A DNA stretch of 23,462 nt from a virus (taxonomy: Duplodnaviria; Heunggongvirae; Uroviricota; Caudoviricetes), in the IMG/VR virus record IMGVR_UViG_2698536369_000027, positions 1 through 23,462 of that record; one strand, given 5' to 3'. Within the stretch, counting starts at the first letter, position 1. Every line of letters starts with the position of its first letter. The notes beneath the pieces were generated by a model. That model was not told the origin of the DNA and searched no databases. It was given only the letters and a program-made list of their open reading frames with translations. Shown here piece after piece: positions 20,574 through 23,462 of this stretch. The position numbers and the translations under genes are program-made.

Positions 20574-20816
20574 TTATGCTCCGGTAGTGAACAGGTCTAA
20601 CGCTTCCTTCGATTTACGCACAGCTTCAAATGTGCGGATCGTGATATCTGAATTAGCGCCACCTGACTGGAAGTGAATTTTGAATAGCTCAAGCTTCAGC
20701 TCGTCAGTGCCAATGAATTGAAATGCTTCCTCTGCGGCTGCGTTCTGGTTCATGACCAGTTTGTAAATCTCTAACTGGAATTTCTGTTCTTCAGTCATGG
20801 GAATAATCTCTGCCAT
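20574..20816 (-). CDS. Small hypothetical protein (in the position of P22 ORF80, between lysis genes and terminase)
   Basis: 80-aa ORF, ATG 20814-20816 with ACGGAG RBS; assignment by position only. Confidence 0.5.
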   Translation of the reverse strand: MAEIIPMTEEQKFQLEIYKLVMNQNAAAEEAFQFIGTDELKLELFKIHFQSGGANSDITIRTFEAVRKSKEALDLFTTGA

Positions 20817-21264
20817 TGTTGGCTCCGTTTATCCGTTAAAAGGGATATTAGCTAAGTTACCCCGTGTAGGGTATAAGCCATTGTCGAGACCACTCATTGA
20901 ATGGCCTCTGCAATAACCGATGTCTTTCCATCAGTCCGCCACCACAAAGAATCTTTTTTGCCATAAGGCTGGAGGTTCATCTTTCAGTGGCTGCCAGTGT
21001 TATTTCCCCACTTACTGGCTTGGGTTGTTTCGCTGTACTGCCGTTAATTAGTGACCAGAAATTAACTCCGGTTTCATTATCAAGCCCACCCGTAGATAGG
21101 CTTTGTAATGAACTGGCTCTTATCTCAACGCAGCCCCTTACCGCGCGCCAGATGCTCAACTTCAAGCATCAGCAATGAGATGTTTAATCTGGATTCACTC
21201 CAGAAGTGATCACCACCCTGTCTACAGAGCCAGATGTGAAGGATGATGAGTAAAATTATCGCTA

Positions 21265-21702
21265 TCATCGAAGGCATTGCGTCCTGATGTATTCCTGCAG
21301 GTAGTTAACCTGCGCGGTTATCCTGTCGATTCCACTTCGGAGACGGTAATAATTGAGTTCAGCATCTGCTGTAAGTCTTGGGCTTTCTCCATCGCCCATG
21401 CTGCTGGCTCCGGTCGTTGACTTTGCACAGGTGGCGGCGACTTGCAGGCGCTTACGCCCAGCAGAAACATCAGCACGGAGGCTTTCGATAGTCGCGTTAG
21501 CATCAGCAAGCTCCTTTGTGTATCTGGCGTCGAGTTCTGCTACATCACGTTGACGCTTCTGCATATCAGCGATGATGGATGTGGCTTTATCGCGCTGCTC
21601 TTTGTAGGTCATGGCGTTATCACGGTAATGATTAACAGCCCATGACAGGCAGACGATGATGCAGATAACCAGAGCGGAGATAATCGCGGTTACTCTGTTC
21701 AT
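21265..21702 (-). CDS. Rz: Rz i-spanin (inner-membrane spanin subunit)
   Basis: 145-aa translation [30 protein letters not shown]... is near-identical to lambda Rz from memory; N-terminal TM helix and coiled-coil periplasmic domain. Confidence 0.9.
   Translation of the reverse strand: MNRVTAIISALVICIIVCLSWAVNHYRDNAMTYKEQRDKATSIIADMQKRQRDVAELDARYTKELADANATIESLRADVSAGRKRLQVAATCAKSTTGASSMGDGESPRLTADAELNYYRLRSGIDRITAQVNYLQEYIRTQCLR
21318..21509 (-). CDS. Rz1: Rz1 o-spanin (outer-membrane lipoprotein) embedded in the +1 frame of Rz
   Basis: 63-aa ORF wholly inside Rz; lipobox LLGVSAC followed by a Pro-rich segment ([13 protein letters not shown]); embedded architecture as in lambda Rz/Rz1. Confidence 0.8.
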   Translation of the reverse strand: MLMLTRLSKASVLMFLLGVSACKSPPPVQSQRPEPAAWAMEKAQDLQQMLNSIITVSEVESTG

Positions 21703-22175
21703 GCCTCAATCTCTCTGACCGTTCCGCCCGCTTCTTTGAATTTTGCAATCAGGCTGTCAGCCTTATGCTCGAACTGACCATAACCAGCGCCCGGCAGTGA
21801 AGCCCAGATATTGCTGCAACGGTCAATTGCCTGACGAATATCACCGCGGTCAATCATCGGTAAAGCGCCACGCTCTTTAATCTGTTGCAGTGCCACAGCG
21901 TCCTGGCTTTTCGGAGAGAAGTCTTTCAGTCCAAGCTGCTTACGATAGGCATCCCACCAACGGGAAAGAAGCTGGTAACGTCCGGCTGCTGTTGATTTGA
22001 GTTTGGGGTTTAGCGTGACAAGTTTGCGAGGGTGATCGGAGTAATCAGTGAATAGCTCCCCGCCTACAATGACGTCATAACCATGATTTCTGGTTTTCTG
22101 ACGTCCGTTATCAGTTCCCTCTGACCACGCCAGCATATCGAGGAACGCCTTACGTTGATTATTGATTTCCACCAT
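21699..22175 (-). CDS. R: Endolysin R (lytic transglycosylase, lambda R-type)
   Basis: 158-aa translation [51 protein letters not shown]... is essentially lambda R from memory. Confidence 0.95.
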   Translation of the reverse strand: MVEINNQRKAFLDMLAWSEGTDNGRQKTRNHGYDVIVGGELFTDYSDHPRKLVTLNPKLKSTAAGRYQLLSRWWDAYRKQLGLKDFSPKSQDAVALQQIKERGALPMIDRGDIRQAIDRCSNIWASLPGAGYGQFEHKADSLIAKFKEAGGTVREIEA

Positions 22176-22482
22176 CTTCTACTCCGGCTTTTTTAGCAGC
22201 GAAGCGTTTGATAAGCGAACCAATCGAGTCAGTGCCGATGTAGCCGATGAACACGCTCGTTATATAAGCGAGATTGCTACTTAGTCCGGCGAAGTCGAGA
22301 AGGTCACGAATGAACCAGGCGATAATGGCGCACATCGTTGCGTCGATTACTGTTTTTGTAAACGCACCGCCATTATATCTGCCGCGAAGGTACGCCATTG
22401 CAAACGCAAGGATTGCCCCGATGCCTTGTTCCTTTGCCGCGAGAATGGCGGCTAACAGGTCATGTTTTTCTGGCATCTTCAT
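22159..22482 (-). CDS. S: Holin/antiholin S (lambda S107/S105 type)
   Basis: 107-aa translation [39 protein letters not shown]... is near-identical to lambda S; dual-start MKM motif present. Confidence 0.95.
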   Translation of the reverse strand: MKMPEKHDLLAAILAAKEQGIGAILAFAMAYLRGRYNGGAFTKTVIDATMCAIIAWFIRDLLDFAGLSSNLAYITSVFIGYIGTDSIGSLIKRFAAKKAGVEDGGNQ

Positions 22483-22724
22483 GTCTTACCCCCAATAAGG
22501 GGATTTGCTCTATTTAATTAGGAATAAGGTCGATTACTGATAGAACAAATCCAGGCTACTGTGTTTAGTAATCAGATTTGTTCGTGACCGATATGCACGG
22601 GCAAAACGGCAGGAGGTTGTTAGCGCAACCTCATGCCACCCGCTTTCACGAAGGTCATGTGTAGAAGGCCGCAGCATAACTATCACTGATGAATTCAGGA
22701 TAGCCAGTGGCTACGGCTCAGTTA

Positions 22725-22800
22725 TGGTGCTGGTTAACGGACTTGAACCGCTACCCATTCGCTTACAAGGCGACCGCTCTACCATTGGAGCTAAACCAGC
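22725..22800 (-). tRNA. tRNA-Thr (anticodon UGU)
   Basis: Minus-sense 76 nt GCTGGTT-TA-GCTC-CAATGGTA-GAGC-G-GTCGC-CTTGTAA-GCGAA-TGGGT-AGCGG-TTCAAGT-CCGTT-AACCAGC-A-CCA: 7-bp acceptor stem, canonical D and T arms, anticodon loop with UGU, encoded CCA. Confidence 0.7.
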
Positions 22801-22805
22801 ATGTT

Positions 22806-22880
22806 TGGCGGGGCAGCGTGGACTCGAACCACGATAAGAAGGTTAACAGCCTTCCGTAATGACCTTTATACGACTGACCC
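22806..22880 (-). tRNA. tRNA-Asn (anticodon GUU), possibly degenerate
   Basis: Minus-sense 75 nt with anticodon arm GAAGG-CTGTTAA-CCTTC, T-arm CGTGG-TTCGAGT-CCACG and 3' GCCA; one mismatch each in the acceptor and D stems; 5 nt from the tRNA-Thr. Confidence 0.5.
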
Positions 22881-22926
22881 AAATAAAAAAAGCCACCGTT
22901 GCAACTTAAGAGTCACTAACGGCAGC
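22881..22926 (-). terminator. Putative tR'-like intrinsic terminator just downstream of the late promoter
   Basis: Minus-sense GCUGCCGUU ... AACGGUGGC (9 bp including two G-U pairs, 17-nt loop) followed by UUUUUUUAUUU. Confidence 0.45.
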
Positions 22927-22936
22927 TTACCCTCTA

Positions 22937-22966
22937 ATTATGGCTAAATGGCTAATTGCACGTCAA
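22937..22966 (-). promoter_or_regulatory. Putative late promoter pR' (Q-dependent antitermination site expected here)
   Basis: Minus-sense TTGACG - 18 nt - CATAAT overlapping the 3' end of the Q-like gene; architecture as in lambdoid pR'/qut. Confidence 0.45.
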
Positions 22967-23462
22967 GGCTTTTAACGGCAACATGCTTAACTTTCTCAAT
23001 ACGTTTACGCATTTTGAAAGCATTTTGCATTGGTTGGTACAAAACAAATAACGACGCTTTCAGGATGTCGTCAATTTCATTTCTACAGGTTGCCAGTGAA
23101 GGTTTTCTCCATCCCTCACCACCACGCCCACACATCTTGCGTGGCTTTGCAGTCGCGTGATAGTAGGATGCAATTGCTCGCTTAGATGAACCATGAGCGT
23201 AGTAGCTGAGGAGGATGCCAAAGGCTTTCTTGTCAATGTACATGACGGAATCGACGACCTGAGAAATCAACATTCCATCATCATCATTACACATTGGCCT
23301 TGTCATAACTCTTCCCGGCTCTACGCTCTCCATGAACTTCGCTATTACGCTGCTCATGCGCTTTTCCAGGCGACCTGAGTAAACCCATGCACCCCACAGT
23401 TCAAGCCAGCCATTCAGCCAATCGTGCTGTTCTTTGGTGAGGTTTAGTTCTCTTATGCTCAT
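22944..23462 (-). CDS. Late-gene antitermination protein Q-like
   Basis: 172-aa ORF immediately upstream of the putative pR', the tRNAs and the S-R-Rz cassette; Cys-containing segment (KMCGRGGEGW...ATCRNE); its ATG is the last three bases of the window, so the N-terminus cannot be verified. Confidence 0.7.
   Translation of the reverse strand: MSIRELNLTKEQHDWLNGWLELWGAWVYSGRLEKRMSSVIAKFMESVEPGRVMTRPMCNDDDGMLISQVVDSVMYIDKKAFGILLSYYAHGSSKRAIASYYHATAKPRKMCGRGGEGWRKPSLATCRNEIDDILKASLFVLYQPMQNAFKMRKRIEKVKHVAVKSLDVQLAI

Noticed and set aside
20897-21178. 93-aa plus-strand ORF considered as a Bor-like lipoprotein (lambda bor lies opposite the late genes after Rz)
   Set aside because: No signal peptide or lipobox, no resemblance to Bor as I recall it, Pro/Ser/Leu-rich like non-coding translation
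22483-22724. Possible third tRNA between tRNA-Thr and S
   Set aside because: A 7-bp hairpin is present but I could not fold an acceptor stem, D-arm and T-arm around it
1-23462. CRISPR arrays, IS elements or integrase/att sites
   Set aside because: No regularly spaced direct repeats, no transposase-like or integrase-like ORFs and no terminal inverted repeats found; the window appears to be internal to the phage late region

Overview
This window reads as the late (virion assembly and lysis) arm of a P22-like temperate podophage or prophage from an enterobacterium, almost entirely on the minus strand. Running from high to low coordinates: a Q-like antiterminator, a putative pR'/tR' element, two tRNAs (Thr-UGU, Asn-GUU), a lambda-type lysis cassette (S, R, Rz/Rz1), an ORF80-like small gene, small and large terminase (with a P22-type pac site inside gene 3), portal, scaffold, coat, an unassigned ~197-aa ORF, gp4, gp10, a tail needle, gp14, ejection proteins gp7/gp20/gp16, then an immI-like region (mnt, Pant with Arc and Mnt operators, arc, an unknown 73-aa ORF, a KilA-N antirepressor-like gene), a strong terminator, the tailspike, and finally a LexA-box-controlled UmuD'-like gene. 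The most interesting part is a plus-strand, AT-rich three-gene cargo island (4505-6280) in the slot where P22 carries sieA: a 239-aa protein of no family I recognise, translationally coupled to a PIN-domain nuclease, followed by a small exported protein. I read this as a candidate uncharacterised toxin-antitoxin, abortive-infection or superinfection-exclusion module. All homology statements are from reading the translations against remembered reference proteins; no database search was run.
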